A DNA stretch of 61,927 nucleotides, the filler included. It is 6 parts of 6 records of this genome, joined end to end, with 100 filler letters (N's around TTAATTAATTAA, not from the genome) between each part and the next. Parts side by side here need not be neighbours in the genome. Positions count along the whole stretch, not along the records: positions 45,511 to 48,788 come from SRR20825010_1776; positions 48,889 to 52,526 come from SRR20825010_1783; positions 52,627 to 61,927 come from SRR20825010_1784; 3 more parts are not named here. One strand, given 5' to 3'. The stretch's first letter is position 1. Every line of letters begins with the position of its first letter. Below the pieces are notes generated by a model. It did no database searches and was not told the DNA's origin. It saw only the letters and a list, made by a program, of their open reading frames with translations. Shown here piece by piece: positions 46,237 to 58,259 of the stretch. The position numbers and the translations under genes are program-made.

Positions 46237-48000
46237 ATGTTCAACATCCCCGGCCTGACCGCACAGAAGGCGCGGTTTCTCAACCGGTGGCACGCCCGTG
46301 CCGCAACCCGCACGCCTGCGCAGGTCAAGGGTTTCGTTTCTTCGCCCGAACCGCGCACCATCGGCTCTTACGCCCGGGGCCGGCAGTTGATCGGCGGCAA
46401 CTATCTTTTTGCGGGCACATTGATCAATGCGCCGGACCTTACCCTTTGGCAACTTGACGTGCCGAATGCGGCCTATGCCGCTGAACTGCACGGCTTTGCC
46501 TGGCTCGACGATCTGGCGGCTGTGGGCGACGGCACCGCGCGGCAGGCTGCACAACGCTGGCTGTGGGAGTGGATCGCGCTTTATGGCAAGGGGCGCGGCC
46601 CCGGCTGGACACCGGACCTGACCGGCAGGCGGCTGATCCGCTGGATCAACCACGCGCTGTTCTGCCTGCGCGGGCAGGAATCCGATCAAAGCAAGGCGTT
46701 CTACCGGTCGCTTGAACAACAGACACAATTCCTGTCCCGCCGTTGGCACGGGGCCGCCCCCGGCCTGCCAAGGTTCGAGGCGCTGACCGGCCTGATCTAC
46801 GCAGGCCTTGCCCTTGAAGGTCAGGAATCGCTGGCCGACCCCGCCATCAAGGCGCTGGCGCGCGAATGCCGCACCCAGATCGACGCCGAAGGCGGCCTGC
46901 CCACCCGCAATCCCGAAGAACTGCTAGCCGTCTTCACCCTGCTGACTTGGGCCGCCGCAGCACTCAGCGATGCCGGGCGCGGCACCCCAAAGGATCATCT
47001 GGCGGCAATTTCCAGAATTGCCCCCACCCTGCGGTCCCTGCGCCACGCTGACGGTGGTCTGGCGCGGTTCCACGGTGGCGGGCGCGGGGCAGAGGGCTGG
47101 CTCGACCACGCCCTTGCCGCGGCCAAGGTGCGGATGTCCCCGTCAGATGGGCTGTCGATGGGATATGCCCGCCTTTCGGGCGGGCGCACCTCTGTGGTGG
47201 TCGATGCCGCTGTGCCGCCCAGCGGTGCGGCCTCCGGCAATGCCCATGCCTCGACCCTCGCGTTCGAACTGACCTCGGGCCGCCGCCCGCTGGTGGTCAA
47301 TTGCGGATCGGGCGCGTCCTTTGGGCTGGAATGGCGCCGCGCCGGGCGGGCGACCCCGTCGCATTCCGCACTCTGCCTTGGCGGGTACTCCAGCGCCCGG
47401 CTGTCCGAGCCTGACCGCCACACCGGGCGCGAGGCCCTGATCGACGGGCCGACCCATGTGCCTGTGGAAATGAGCTCTGCGGGCGACGGCATCCGCTTTC
47501 AGGGCGGCCACAACGGCTATGTGCGCTCGCACGGTCTGACCCATGCCCGCACCCTGGAACTGACGCTGGATGGCCGGGGCCTTGCAGGCGAAGACATGCT
47601 GCTGGCACTGGAGGACATCGAGAAACGGCGCTTTGACAAGGCGCTGGATACTGCCGGGCTCAAGGGGTTGCGCTTTGACATCCGGTTTCACCTGCATCCG
47701 GATGTGGACGCAACGCTCGACCTTGGCGGTGCGGCGGTCTCGATGGCCCTGAAAAGCGGTGAAATCTGGGTGTTCCGCCATGACGGCACTCATAATCTCT
47801 CGCTGGAACCGGGTGCCTATCTTGAGACCACACGTCTCAAACCCCGCGCCGCACAACAGATCGTGCTGTCCGGCATGGCCTTTACATATGCCACAAGGGT
47901 CAGGTGGTCCTTGTCCAAGGCGCAGGAAACTGCGATTGGCGTCCGTGATCTTTCAATGGATGACCCATTGGCTGACAACACCGAACCGGACGAACAATAG
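46237..48000 (+). CDS. Heparinase II/III family protein
   Basis: [56 protein letters not shown]; upstream of purH. Confidence 0.88.
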   Translation: MFNIPGLTAQKARFLNRWHARAATRTPAQVKGFVSSPEPRTIGSYARGRQLIGGNYLFAGTLINAPDLTLWQLDVPNAAYAAELHGFAWLDDLAAVGDGTARQAAQRWLWEWIALYGKGRGPGWTPDLTGRRLIRWINHALFCLRGQESDQSKAFYRSLEQQTQFLSRRWHGAAPGLPRFEALTGLIYAGLALEGQESLADPAIKALARECRTQIDAEGGLPTRNPEELLAVFTLLTWAAAALSDAGRGTPKDHLAAISRIAPTLRSLRHADGGLARFHGGGRGAEGWLDHALAAAKVRMSPSDGLSMGYARLSGGRTSVVVDAAVPPSGAASGNAHASTLAFELTSGRRPLVVNCGSGASFGLEWRRAGRATPSHSALCLGGYSSARLSEPDRHTGREALIDGPTHVPVEMSSAGDGIRFQGGHNGYVRSHGLTHARTLELTLDGRGLAGEDMLLALEDIEKRRFDKALDTAGLKGLRFDIRFHLHPDVDATLDLGGAAVSMALKSGEIWVFRHDGTHNLSLEPGAYLETTRLKPRAAQQIVLSGMAFTYATRVRWSLSKAQETAIGVRDLSMDDPLADNTEPDEQ

Positions 48001-48011
48001 GACCCTGCCAG

Positions 48012-48788
48012 ATGCCTGATCTCTACCCCGTGAAACGCGCCCTTCTTTCCGTATCCGACAAGACCGGCCTGGTCGACCTTGGCCAGGCACTGGCCGCGCA
48101 GGGGGTTGAACTGTTGTCCACCGGCGGCACCGCGAAGGCCCTGCGCGACGCGGGCCTCACCGTCAAGGACGTGGCAGAGGTGACAGGCTTTCCCGAAATG
48201 ATGGATGGCCGCGTCAAGACGCTGCACCCGGTTGTGCACGGCGGCCTGCTGGCCCTGCGCGACAATGACGATCACGTCGCGGCGATGAACGAACACAACA
48301 TCGGCGGCATCGACCTGGTGGTGGTCAACCTCTACCCGTTCGAGGCGACAGTCGCGAAAGGTGCCGAATACGCCGAAGTGATCGAGAACATCGACATCGG
48401 CGGCCCCGCCATGATCCGCTCGGCGGCCAAGAACCACGGCTTCGTCAATGTCGTCGTGGATACCGAGGATTACGCCGCCGTCATCGCAGAGCTTGAGGCC
48501 AATGGCGGCCAGACCACCTATGCCCTGCGGCAACGTCTGGCCCAGACCGCCTATGCCCGCACAGCGGCCTATGACACCGCTGTCAGCACATGGATGGCCG
48601 CACAGGTGCCGGGCACCCCGCGCCGCCGGACATTCGGCGGCACCCTGGCACAGACCCTGCGCTATGGCGAAAATCCGCATCAGAACGCGGCCTTCTACAC
48701 CGACGGTTCCGACCGTCCGGGCGTGGCGACGGCACAGCAGCATCAGGGCAAGGAACTGAGCTACAACAACATCAACGACACCGACGCG
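48012..48788 (+). CDS. purH: AICAR formyltransferase/IMP cyclohydrolase (3' truncated)
   Basis: [48 protein letters not shown]. Confidence 0.97.
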
Positions 48789-48888
48789 NNNNNNNNNNNN
48801 NNNNNNNNNNNNNNNNNNNNNNNNNNNNNNNNTTAATTAATTAANNNNNNNNNNNNNNNNNNNNNNNNNNNNNNNNNNNNNNNNNNNN
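48789..48888. other. Artificial contig spacer
   Basis: 44 N + TTAATTAATTAA + 44 N. Confidence 0.98.
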
Positions 48889-49968
48889 GCCATGCATGTC
48901 GCGGGCAACGCGGGCGATGTCGAGAGACTTGCCGCAATTGTTCCGCTTCATCAGGGAAATGGCTTCCGGTGCACCGTTACCGGAATCCATCATCCGGCCG
49001 AGCCGCAGGGCGCCGTGCAGGCCGAGTGTGATTTCGGTCTGCATGTCCGCGAGCTTCTTCTGGATAAGCTGGTTCGCGGCGAGGGGGCGGCCGAACTGCT
49101 TGCGGTCCATCGTGTACTGACGGGCCTGGTGCCAGCAGAACTCGGCGGCGCCGATGGCGCCCCAGGAAATGCCGAAGCGGGCCTTGTTCAGGCAACCGAA
49201 GGGCCCCTTCAGGCCGGACACGTTCGGCAGCATGTTCTCTTCCGGGATCTCGACATTATCCATGACGATCTCGCCGGTGACGGAAGCGCGCAGGGAGAAC
49301 TTGCCCTCGATCTTCGGCGCGGTCAGGCCCTTCATGCCTTTTTCAAGGACGAAGCCGCGGATCTGGCCATCATCGGTCTTTGCCCAGACGACGAAGACAT
49401 CGGCGATCGGGGAGTTGGTGATCCACATCTTCGCGCCATTCAGCAGATAGCCGCCCTGGACGCTCTTCGCGCGGGTGACCATGCTTCCTGGGTCGGAGCC
49501 GTGGTCCGGTTCGGTCAGGCCGAAACAGCCGACCCATTCACCGGTTGCGAGCTTCGGCAGGTACTTCTGCTTCTGCTCTTCACTGCCATAAGCATAGATC
49601 GGATGCATGACCAGGCTGGACTGGACGCTCATGGCCGAGCGGTAACCACTGTCGACCCGCTCGACTTCACGGGCGATCAGGCCGTAGCAGACATGGTTCA
49701 CGCCAGCGCAGCCATAACCGTCGATGGTGCAGCCGAGAAAACCGAGCTCGCCCATTTCGCTCATGATTTCACGATGGAAGACTTCGTTGCGGAAGGCTTC
49801 CTGCACCCGGGGCATCAGTTTGTCCTGACAATAGGCCCGCGCGGCATCGCGGATCATCCGCTCTTCCTCGGTCAGTTCCTGTTCGAGGAGGAGGGGATCT
49901 TCCCAGTCGAACTGCGGCCGTGAGGCTTTTGCAGACTTGGCTGCGTCGACAGCGGGTTGGACGGACAT
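48889..49968 (-). CDS. gcdH: Glutaryl-CoA dehydrogenase (3' truncated)
   Basis: [53 protein letters not shown]; start ATG 49968. Confidence 0.92.
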
Positions 49969-50100
49969 GGGGGTACTCCCAAAGTTGCTGAATTCGTTGC
50001 AGAGGTATATACGCCGAAGCGGTTGCGGCTTCAAATTTCCGTTGAGGCATTGTTGCCGTTCTTGGGCACCGTGAAGAACCGCTTTTACCGCCGGGAAAAA

Positions 50101-50328
50101 ATGATGGCGCGAAAGTTAGACGAGCGAAGAGTGATAATCGAGTTCCTGCCTTCCGGGAGTTATGTGAAGGTCAGTGCCTTCGATCCGGTAAGCATGGTGG
50201 AGGTTTCCATTGTCGGTAACCCGGCGAGTGGAGAGGCGGGGCTCAAGCAGGTCGTGCTTCGTAAGCTGAAATACGTTCTTGAAAAGAAATCGCAGCCAGA
50301 ACCACGTGGCCGGGGCACTACCGTCTGA
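50101..50328 (+). CDS. Small conserved hypothetical protein (DUF6898-like)
   Basis: [31 protein letters not shown]; family name from recall. Confidence 0.65.
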   Translation: MMARKLDERRVIIEFLPSGSYVKVSAFDPVSMVEVSIVGNPASGEAGLKQVVLRKLKYVLEKKSQPEPRGRGTTV

Positions 50329-50353
50329 TTACGGAAATAAATGGCCTAAAATA

Positions 50354-50380
50354 AAAAGCGCCGGAAAATCCGGCGCTTTT
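50354..50380. terminator. Bidirectional intrinsic terminator
   Basis: AAAAGCGCCGGA-AAA-TCCGGCGCTTTT between convergent genes. Confidence 0.85.
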
Positions 50381-50402
50381 CGAAAAGCAGTGCGGCTGAG
50401 AA

Positions 50403-50855
50403 TCAGACGGCTTTACGTTTGCGGCCACCACGTTTGACGGTATTGCGGCCGAGGCCAATCTTCTTGGCGAACTCAGACCGTTGGGCGGCATAGTTTGGAG
50501 CGACCATGGGATAGTCGGCCGGGAGACCCCATTTGGCACGGTATTCTTCCGGAGTCATGTTGTATGTGGTCCGGAGATGGCGCTTCAGCATTTTGAGGCG
50601 CTTGCCGTCTTCAAGGCAGATGATGTATTCCGGGGTGATCGAGCGGCGGATCGGCACAGCCGGTTTCGCGGGCTCTACTTCCGGCTCGCTAACGTCAATA
50701 TTAAGACGCGTCAGCGCTTCATGAACCGTGCTGATAACCTCCGAAATCTGCGACGCAGCCACAGTGTTATTTCCGAGGTATGCGGACACAACATCCGTGG
50801 TCATACGGAGTAGTTCAGAAGAGTCCAGATTGTCTTCACGGGTTTCGTCGGTCAT
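50403..50855 (-). CDS. mucR: MucR/Ros-family regulator
   Basis: VVSAYL, KPAVPIRRSI, ICLEDGKRLKMLKRHL, YRAKWGLPADYPMVAPNY. Confidence 0.95.
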   Translation of the reverse strand: MTDETREDNLDSSELLRMTTDVVSAYLGNNTVAASQISEVISTVHEALTRLNIDVSEPEVEPAKPAVPIRRSITPEYIICLEDGKRLKMLKRHLRTTYNMTPEEYRAKWGLPADYPMVAPNYAAQRSEFAKKIGLGRNTVKRGGRKRKAV

Positions 50856-51170
50856 TTCTAGATCCGATATTTAACATTATCTTGATTAGGGTGTCCTCGG
50901 AACATTGTCCCGGGCGAAATAGTTGTCAAGAAATAATGCAGGGTTCAGCTTTTCAAATTCTGAATTCAAATGCTCTGAATTTCTACGGTTTTTGAAAGCA
51001 GCTTGTTTCTGGAATACACGGTCAAGATATTTTAGTGGTTATTTTATGGTGCGTGACGACTTTCTTACTTTCTCTGATGAAACGTCAGGCGCGTAAATAG
51101 TGGTTCGCTGGCCTTCTCGCCGCGTATATAGTAGATCCTCCGTTTGATGGAACAACGAGCCTGACAGGTA

Positions 51171-51620
51171 ATGACAGATAACGCGATCGTGATCGGTTCA
51201 GATCACGCTGGATATTCACTGAAACAAGTATTGGTAGCTCACCTTGAAGAAAAGGGGTGGACGGTTGTTGATGTCGGGACGAACGGGCTGGACTCGGTTG
51301 ACTATCCCGATTTCGGCGCTGCGGTCGCACATGGCCTGAAGGATGGCAAGGCGCCCCTGGGGATCGTTGTCTGCGGCACGGGCATTGGCATAAGCATCGC
51401 TGCGAACCGGCACGACTGGGTGCGCGCGGGCCTTTGTCATGACACGACCTCGGCACGGCTCTGCCGGCTGCATAACGACGCGAATGTTCTCGCGCTCGGC
51501 GCACGCCTTATTGGCGAAGAGGTCGCGAAAGACTGTGTTGATGTCTTTCTCGCAACAGATTTTGAAGGCGGCCGGCATCAACGTCGCGTCGACAAACTCG
51601 GGTTTGCCGAGAGCATGTAA
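51171..51620 (+). CDS. rpiB: Ribose-5-phosphate isomerase B
   Basis: GSDHAG, VDYPD, CGTGIGISIAAN, HNDANVLALG, FEGGRH. Confidence 0.96.
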   Translation: MTDNAIVIGSDHAGYSLKQVLVAHLEEKGWTVVDVGTNGLDSVDYPDFGAAVAHGLKDGKAPLGIVVCGTGIGISIAANRHDWVRAGLCHDTTSARLCRLHNDANVLALGARLIGEEVAKDCVDVFLATDFEGGRHQRRVDKLGFAESM

Positions 51621-51691
51621 ATCACGTCCTTGCACTGCGATGTCTGAGCGAGTAGGCCACGGTGCACTGCGGGATACGAACAGGAGCTGTC

Positions 51692-52526
51692 ATGTCCGCC
51701 TTTGAAACAAACACAACCGATAACCCTTTCTTTGCCAAGCCTCTGTCCGAGAGCGATCCCGCGCTTTACAGCGCGATCTCCGAGGAGCTGGAACGGCAAA
51801 AAGACCAGATCGAGCTGATCGCCTCCGAGAATATCGTCTCCCGCGCGGTGCTGGAAGCGCAGGGCTCGGTCCTGACGAACAAATATGCCGAAGGCTATCC
51901 CGGCCGGCGCTATTACGGCGGCTGCGAATTTGTAGACAAGGCAGAAGCGCTGGCCATTGAGCGCGCCTGCAAGCTGTTTGACTGCAGTTTCGCAAACGTG
52001 CAGCCGCATTCCGGCGCCCAGGCGAACCAGGCGGTCATGTTGGCGCTGGTCGAGCCTGGCGACACAGTCATGGGCCTGTCCCTTGCCGCTGGCGGTCACC
52101 TGACGCACGGCGCACCGCCGAACCTCTCCGGCAAATGGTTCAAGGCGGTTCAATACGGTGTGCGCAAGGAAGACGCGCTGATTGACTTTGATCAGGTCAA
52201 GGCGCTGGCTGAGGAGCACAAGCCGAAACTGATCATCGCTGGCGGCTCCGCCTATCCGCGCGAGATCGATTTCAAGCGTTTCCGCGAGATCGCCGATTCC
52301 GTCGGTGCCTATTTCCATGTCGATATGGCGCATTTCGCCGGTCTCGTTGCCGGCGGCGCGCATCCGAGCCCGCTGCCCCATGCCCATGTGGTCACGACCA
52401 CGACCCACAAGACCTTGCGCGGCCCGCGCGGCGGGATGATCCTGTCGAACGATCCGGACATCGGCAAGAAGATCAACTCGGCGGTGTTCCCTGGTCTTCA
52501 GGGCGGCCCGCTGATGCATGTGATCG
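51692..52526 (+). CDS. glyA: Serine hydroxymethyltransferase (3' truncated)
   Basis: [53 protein letters not shown] before ATG 51692. Confidence 0.97.
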
Positions 52527-52626
52527 NNNNNNNNNNNNNNNNNNNNNNNNNNNNNNNNNNNNNNNNNNNNTTAATTAATTAANNNNNNNNNNNNNNNNNN
52601 NNNNNNNNNNNNNNNNNNNNNNNNNN
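52527..52626. other. Artificial contig spacer
   Basis: 44 N + TTAATTAATTAA + 44 N. Confidence 0.98.
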
Positions 52627-52698
52627 TCCGCCATCCATGGCTCCGCACAGTTTCGGAAAAGCCTTCCCATTTACCCCTTCGAACTTTGGTGATGCTTC

Positions 52699-53331
52699 AT
52701 GAATGTTTTAAGTGGTGGAAAACTGAAGCTGATTCAGGCGGCGCTCAGGTTGATTACCCAGAGCCGCAGCCTGACATCTCTCGGTCTCCGGGAACTGGCC
52801 CGTGAGGCCGGACTGAATCCCAATACTTTTTATCGGCACTTCAAGAATCTGGACGAGTTCGGTCTGCAGGTACTTGGGTACATTGCCGAAGACATGAAAG
52901 CCGGCGTGCGGGAGTTGCGGCGGATGGCGGAGTCGTCGGAGCAGGCGTCCCACGATACGGTGACGTTTGTTTACCACTACTTCCTGGCCAACCCGGCAGC
53001 GACGACCGTGGCGGTGCGGGAGCTTCACGGGCCGTCGGCTTTGTTGCGCAGGGCGCTTGAGGCGCAGTTGGATGCCAGCGCGCGCGAGATGGCGGAGGAT
53101 ATTATCGAGCGGCGGCTGGTCAGTGCTGTGCCGACGGAGACGATTCATGAGATTTCCCGCATGACCATTCGCTATATCCTTTTCAGGGCAATGGATTACA
53201 TCGAGAAACCGGCGCAGCGGGCAATGATCCAACATGAAACCGAGCGGTTTATCAACCGCCAGTTTCGGGGGGCAATGCTGGATGGGCTGGCCGAAAGTGA
53301 GGTACAGGCACTGTTAGAGAAGGACCTCTAA
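52699..53331 (+). CDS. TetR-family regulator (FabR/DesT-like)
   Basis: SLGLRELAREAGLNPNTFYRHF. Confidence 0.9.
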   Translation: MNVLSGGKLKLIQAALRLITQSRSLTSLGLRELAREAGLNPNTFYRHFKNLDEFGLQVLGYIAEDMKAGVRELRRMAESSEQASHDTVTFVYHYFLANPAATTVAVRELHGPSALLRRALEAQLDASAREMAEDIIERRLVSAVPTETIHEISRMTIRYILFRAMDYIEKPAQRAMIQHETERFINRQFRGAMLDGLAESEVQALLEKDL

Positions 53332-53475
53332 CGGGCTTATTATTTTTTTCGTTTTACCTTTCCGTTTTTTCGCTTTGTTCGTTTTTAGGAAAACCTTTGT
53401 AAATCTGTTAGCGTCTACTTATAAGTAAAAACCGAGATTTTCAGTGAATCGGTCATTCCGGAGGACGTACTTACA

Positions 53476-55053
53476 ATGAAGATCGGTATCCCCAGGGAGA
53501 TTTTCGAGGATGAACGACGGGTAGCGGCAACGCCGCCCTCGGTGCATAAGCTGATAGGCCTTGGCTATGAGGTGATGGTCGAAGCCGGTGCGGGTGAGGC
53601 CGCGAATTACACGGACGACGCCTACGAAAAAGTGGGCGCTAACATTGCGGCGGACACCAAATCGCTTTGGCAGGACGCAGATTTTATCCTCAAGGTTCGC
53701 GCGCCGATGAAAAACCCTTCGCTCAAGAAACACGAAGTGGATCTGATGAAGGAAGGGGCGTTCCTGGTCAGCTACCTGTGGCCAGCGCAGAATCCCGAGC
53801 TGCTGGAGAAACTGGCGGCCAAAAAGATTACTTCCTTCGCCATCGATAGCCTGCCCCGCATCAGTCGTGCCCAGAAGATGGACGCCTTGAGCGCCATGGC
53901 CAATATTGCCGGCTACCGCGCGGTGATTGAGGCGGCCAATAACTTCGGGCGGTTCTTTACCGGCCAGGTGACGGCGGCTGGCAAGGTACCACCGGCGAAG
54001 ATCATGGTGATCGGGGCCGGCGTCGCTGGCCTCGCTGCAATCGGCGCCGCAAACAGCATGGGCGCCATTGTGCGGGCGTTTGATACCCGTCTGGAAGTGA
54101 AAGAACAGGTTGAAAGCATGGGCGCCGAGTTCCTGGTGCTGGATTTCGACGACGAGGACGGCAGCGGTGGCGGCGGCTACGCCAAGCAGATGAGCGACGA
54201 GTTCATCAAGGCGGAGATGGCGCTGTTCGCGGAACAGGCCGAAGAGGTGGATATCATCATCACCACTGCCCTGATTCCCGGCAAGCCTGCGCCCAAGCTG
54301 ATCACCGCCGATATGGTGAAATCCATGAAACCCGGCAGTGTGATTGTCGATCTGGCGTCGGAACGCGGGGGCAACTGCGAGCTGACGGAGCCCGGCAAGG
54401 TCGCTCACCATCATGGCGTAACGCTGATTGGCTACACCGATCTGCCCAGCCGTATGGCCAAGGTGGCCAGCGATCTCTATGCCACTAACCTGGTACACCT
54501 GATCACTGAACTGACACCAGAGAAAGACGGCCAGCCCCAGGTCAACATGGAAGACGATGTGATCCGTGGCCTGACGGTGGTGCGGGAGAACGACGTTACC
54601 TGGCCACCACCTCAACCGGAAGCGCCGGTCAGCCCCAAGCCGGCGCCCGGCACTGAAGAACCCACGGCTGCCGACAAGGAGGCCGCGAGGCAAGACGCCA
54701 AACGCCGCAGCCAGTTTGGCAAGGGCGCGCTGCTGCTGGTCACGGCCCTGGCGCTCTACGGGGTTGGTGCCCATGCGCCGGAAAGCTTCCTGCAGCACTT
54801 CACGGTGTTTGTCCTGTCCTGCTTTATCGGCTGGCAGGTTATCTGGAACGTGACGCCGTCCCTGCATACGCCTCTGATGAGCGTGACCAACGCCATCAGC
54901 GGCATCATTGTGATCGGTGCCATTCTCCACCTGGCCCAGGCGGAGAATCTGGCCGTTGGCATCATGGCCTTTTTCGCGGTGCTGATTGCCAGCATCAACG
55001 TGGGGGGCGGCTTCCGGGTCACCCATCGCATGCTCAAAATGTTTCGCAAGTAG
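53476..55053 (+). CDS. pntA: NAD(P) transhydrogenase alpha subunit
   Basis: [52 protein letters not shown]. Confidence 0.97.
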   Translation: MKIGIPREIFEDERRVAATPPSVHKLIGLGYEVMVEAGAGEAANYTDDAYEKVGANIAADTKSLWQDADFILKVRAPMKNPSLKKHEVDLMKEGAFLVSYLWPAQNPELLEKLAAKKITSFAIDSLPRISRAQKMDALSAMANIAGYRAVIEAANNFGRFFTGQVTAAGKVPPAKIMVIGAGVAGLAAIGAANSMGAIVRAFDTRLEVKEQVESMGAEFLVLDFDDEDGSGGGGYAKQMSDEFIKAEMALFAEQAEEVDIIITTALIPGKPAPKLITADMVKSMKPGSVIVDLASERGGNCELTEPGKVAHHHGVTLIGYTDLPSRMAKVASDLYATNLVHLITELTPEKDGQPQVNMEDDVIRGLTVVRENDVTWPPPQPEAPVSPKPAPGTEEPTAADKEAARQDAKRRSQFGKGALLLVTALALYGVGAHAPESFLQHFTVFVLSCFIGWQVIWNVTPSLHTPLMSVTNAISGIIVIGAILHLAQAENLAVGIMAFFAVLIASINVGGGFRVTHRMLKMFRK

Positions 55054-55065
55054 GAGGCGCCCGAT

Positions 55066-56457
55066 ATGAGCACAGGATTGGTGAGCGTGGCCTACGTGGT
55101 CGCAAGTATCTGTTTTATCCTCAGCCTGGGTGGCCTTAGCCATCAGGAATCCGCCCGGCGCGGGAACCTTTATGGTGTCGCCGGCATCATCATCGCTGTT
55201 GGCGCCACCCTGGCCAGCGTGGACGGTGGTGTTATCGCGATCGTGATTGCGGTGCTGCTGGGCGCCGGTATTGGTATCCCCATCGCCAACAAGGTGGAAA
55301 TGACCCAGATGCCGCAACTGGTTGCCTTGCTGCACAGTTTTGTGGGCCTGGCGGCGGTATTGGTCGGTTTCTCAGGCTATATCGAGCCCCTGGTAGCCAC
55401 CATGGGTGCCGAACACACCATCAAGCTGGTGGAAGTGTTTGTCGGTATCTTTATCGGCGCCGTGACCTTCACCGGGTCGCTGGTGGCCTGCGGCAAACTG
55501 GATGGCCGCATCGACAGCAAAGCCCTGACCCTGCCGGGCCGACACCTGATGAACCTGGTGGCCATCATTGCCTGCGTATTGCTGGGTGCCTGGTTCCTCG
55601 GTACCGACAGCATGGCGCTGGGGCTGATTTCCCTTGTCATCATGACGGTCATCGCCTCGGTGCTCGGCATTCACCTGATCATGGCCATCGGTGGTGCCGA
55701 CATGCCGGTGGTGGTGTCCATGCTCAACAGCTACTCCGGTTGGGCGGCGGCCTCTATCGGGTTCATGCTGGGTAATGACCTGCTGATTGTGGTGGGTGCC
55801 CTGGTAGGCAGCAGCGGTGCCATCCTCAGCTACATCATGTGCAAGGCTATGAACCGGTCGTTTATCAGCGTCATCCTGGGCGGCTTCGGCCAGACCAGCA
55901 GCAGCTCAAGCGCGGCCGATACTGACCAGTCTGTCTATGAGTCCTCCGCGGATGATGTGTGCGAGGAACTGCGCAATGCCGATTCAGTGATTATCGTGCC
56001 GGGTTACGGAATGGCTGTGGCGCAGGCCCAGAACGGCGTCAGCGAAATGACGAAAATCCTGCGGGACCGTGGCGTCAACGTGCGTTTCGGCATTCACCCT
56101 GTGGCGGGTCGCCTGCCCGGACACATGAACGTGTTGCTCGCCGAGGCCCATGTGCCCTATGACATCGTGCTGGAAATGGACGAAATCAACGACGATTTCC
56201 CAAGCACCGATGTGGTGCTGGTTATCGGTGCCAACGACACCGTAAACCCGGCCGCCGCCGAAGACCCGGGCAGCCCGATTGCCGGTATGCCGGTGCTTGA
56301 GGTGTGGAAAGCGCGCCAGGTGGTTGTCCTCAAGCGGGGCATGGCCACGGGTTATTCAGGCGTGGAAAACCCGCTGTTCTTCAAAGACAACACCCGCATG
56401 CTGTTTGGCGATGCCAAGGAAAGCATCGACAAGCTGGTTGGTGGGTTAAGGGGCTGA
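55066..56457 (+). CDS. pntB: NAD(P) transhydrogenase beta subunit
   Basis: [55 protein letters not shown]. Confidence 0.97.
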   Translation: MSTGLVSVAYVVASICFILSLGGLSHQESARRGNLYGVAGIIIAVGATLASVDGGVIAIVIAVLLGAGIGIPIANKVEMTQMPQLVALLHSFVGLAAVLVGFSGYIEPLVATMGAEHTIKLVEVFVGIFIGAVTFTGSLVACGKLDGRIDSKALTLPGRHLMNLVAIIACVLLGAWFLGTDSMALGLISLVIMTVIASVLGIHLIMAIGGADMPVVVSMLNSYSGWAAASIGFMLGNDLLIVVGALVGSSGAILSYIMCKAMNRSFISVILGGFGQTSSSSSAADTDQSVYESSADDVCEELRNADSVIIVPGYGMAVAQAQNGVSEMTKILRDRGVNVRFGIHPVAGRLPGHMNVLLAEAHVPYDIVLEMDEINDDFPSTDVVLVIGANDTVNPAAAEDPGSPIAGMPVLEVWKARQVVVLKRGMATGYSGVENPLFFKDNTRMLFGDAKESIDKLVGGLRG

Positions 56458-57597
56458 TTCTTCAGCCCCGGATTCCTTCTCAAAAAACCGCTCAATCTGC
56501 CGGGACTGGCTCTGGCCGTCCCGGTAGCCCAGCTCAATCAAATCGCGACAGAAGCGTTTGTCGAACAGCAGGAAGCTGGCGAGATTGGCGCTGGAAAAAG
56601 GCGCGTTGTCCGAAGCACCGGTCAACCGTCGCAACACCAGCGGCATGGCGTCAATGTATTTCATGGCGATTTCGTTGATGGGCTCGGAAGGGGAAATTTC
56701 CAGAATATCCACCGGGTTCAGGTCCAGCCCCGACTCCTTCAGTTTTTTCTCGGGGATCAGTTCCAGCAACTGGTTGATCAGCCGTGAGCGATCGATGTCG
56801 TAATCCAGCGTATCCAGGAACATGCCGTTGAACACGTGGGCCAGTACCTGGGTCAGCGTTGGCATACCGGGTTTTTCCGGGCGCCTGGACGGGCACATCG
56901 CGTTGGCACTAACCCCGATCACCAGCACCTTGCGTGCACCCAGTCGCAATGCCGGACTGATGTGGGCCATCTGGCGGGTCACGCCATCACCAAAGTACTC
57001 GCGGTTGATCTTCACCGGCGCAAACAGAGTGGGAATAGCCGCAGACGCCATGATGTGGTCCACTGCCAACTCTGTGCGGGTGCCACCACGCTGTCCGATC
57101 GACCAGCCTTGCAGCCCTTCAGCCCCTTCAAAGAAACACACATTCTGGCCAGTCGCGTAACCGCAGGCATTCAGGCCCACAGCGTCGATGTGGCCCTCCT
57201 GAATGGTTTGCCGAATGCTCTGCAGGTCGATCTCCCGCTCCAGCAATTCCCGCAGTGGCGAATTATCCAGAAAGGAAACCGGCCCGCTCTCAATGGGGCG
57301 ACTGATCATCTTGCGGGCGATGGCGCTGAAGCTGCGCATCAGGCTAAAGGTATCCGCCCGGAATACCCGGTCCATGGTCAGTTCCGACCAGACTTTATCG
57401 AGATGATCAATACTGTGGCGAAACAGCCCCCGGTTACCGGCAAGGGCCATGGCATTGATCGCCCCGGCCGAGGTACCGATAATGACATTGAACGGGTGGT
57501 TCCAGTCCGGATACATGTCAGCGATAGCGCGAAGCACGCCGACCTGATACGCCGCCCGCGCGCCACCGCCGGTGAGAATGACACCGTTCTTTGTCAT
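56446..57597 (-). CDS. Patatin-like phospholipase
   Basis: [27 protein letters not shown]; start ATG 57597. Confidence 0.92.
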   Translation of the reverse strand: MTKNGVILTGGGARAAYQVGVLRAIADMYPDWNHPFNVIIGTSAGAINAMALAGNRGLFRHSIDHLDKVWSELTMDRVFRADTFSLMRSFSAIARKMISRPIESGPVSFLDNSPLRELLEREIDLQSIRQTIQEGHIDAVGLNACGYATGQNVCFFEGAEGLQGWSIGQRGGTRTELAVDHIMASAAIPTLFAPVKINREYFGDGVTRQMAHISPALRLGARKVLVIGVSANAMCPSRRPEKPGMPTLTQVLAHVFNGMFLDTLDYDIDRSRLINQLLELIPEKKLKESGLDLNPVDILEISPSEPINEIAMKYIDAMPLVLRRLTGASDNAPFSSANLASFLLFDKRFCRDLIELGYRDGQSQSRQIERFFEKESGAEESAP

Positions 57598-57628
57598 GAA
57601 ACCATTCCGTTTTGAACAGTGCCTCGCA

Positions 57629-58171
57629 TCAGGCCTGTTTGATCTTATGCCGACGCCGGCCGGCAAACGGATTGTTAATGCTGGAATCCTTGCCCTGCAA
57701 CTTGGCCTCGGGGTGGTTCTTCGCCATCAGTTCCTTGACCTTGGGAATGTGGTCCTTCGGGGCATCCACCATGATCAGGTACTTCCCTGCCTCAATATCA
57801 TGATGGAACGGCTCGATACGGTAGTTTTCACTCTGGATACCACCAAAGCCACCAACCCAGGCGCCCGCTACCACCACAAAGATAAACAGGGCGATCCAGG
57901 CGGCCGCCGGCATGTTCAGAACTTCCAGCAAGGCCAACGGTACAAGGAAGGCCAGCGCCAGCACAAAGCCGGCTATGGCGCCGCGCTCCACGTACCTGGG
58001 CAGATCCGTTCGGTCCAGGATGGACGCGGTGTGTAACTGGTGAGTGTAGAGGCCGGCCTCGTCCTTGCTGACAATGTGGAAGCGCCAGTCAGTGACGTCG
58101 TGCTCGTGAAGGTCGTCGGAGATTTCTTTTGCACTGTCAATCGAAGATACCAGATAGAATAAACGTATCAT
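57629..58171 (-). CDS. Hypothetical membrane protein (DUF1269-like)
   Basis: Two hydrophobic helices; RLFYLV..., IEAGKYLIMVD; AGGAG before ATG 58171. Confidence 0.75.
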   Translation of the reverse strand: MIRLFYLVSSIDSAKEISDDLHEHDVTDWRFHIVSKDEAGLYTHQLHTASILDRTDLPRYVERGAIAGFVLALAFLVPLALLEVLNMPAAAWIALFIFVVVAGAWVGGFGGIQSENYRIEPFHHDIEAGKYLIMVDAPKDHIPKVKELMAKNHPEAKLQGKDSSINNPFAGRRRHKIKQA

Positions 58172-58259
58172 GGTGTTTCTCCTCTTTCGCCTGTGAATGA
58201 GGCGTTCTTCTACTGACAATTTAGTTCATAACCCCCGACTTTACGTAATCTGGCCTTAT

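Noticed and set aside
46237..48000. Heparinase as evidence of glycosaminoglycan degradation
   Set aside because: No signal peptide and no sugar-utilisation neighbours; to my recall this gene is routinely found next to purH in Alphaproteobacteria.
51621..51691. ZMP/ZTP riboswitch before glyA (or before purH)
   Set aside because: The 71-nt gap lacks the conserved elements as I recall them, and purH has only 11 nt upstream; an Rfam scan would settle it.
53419..55335. 638-aa ORF antisense to pntA/pntB
   Set aside because: Shadow ORF of a conserved, codon-biased gene; no recognisable motif.
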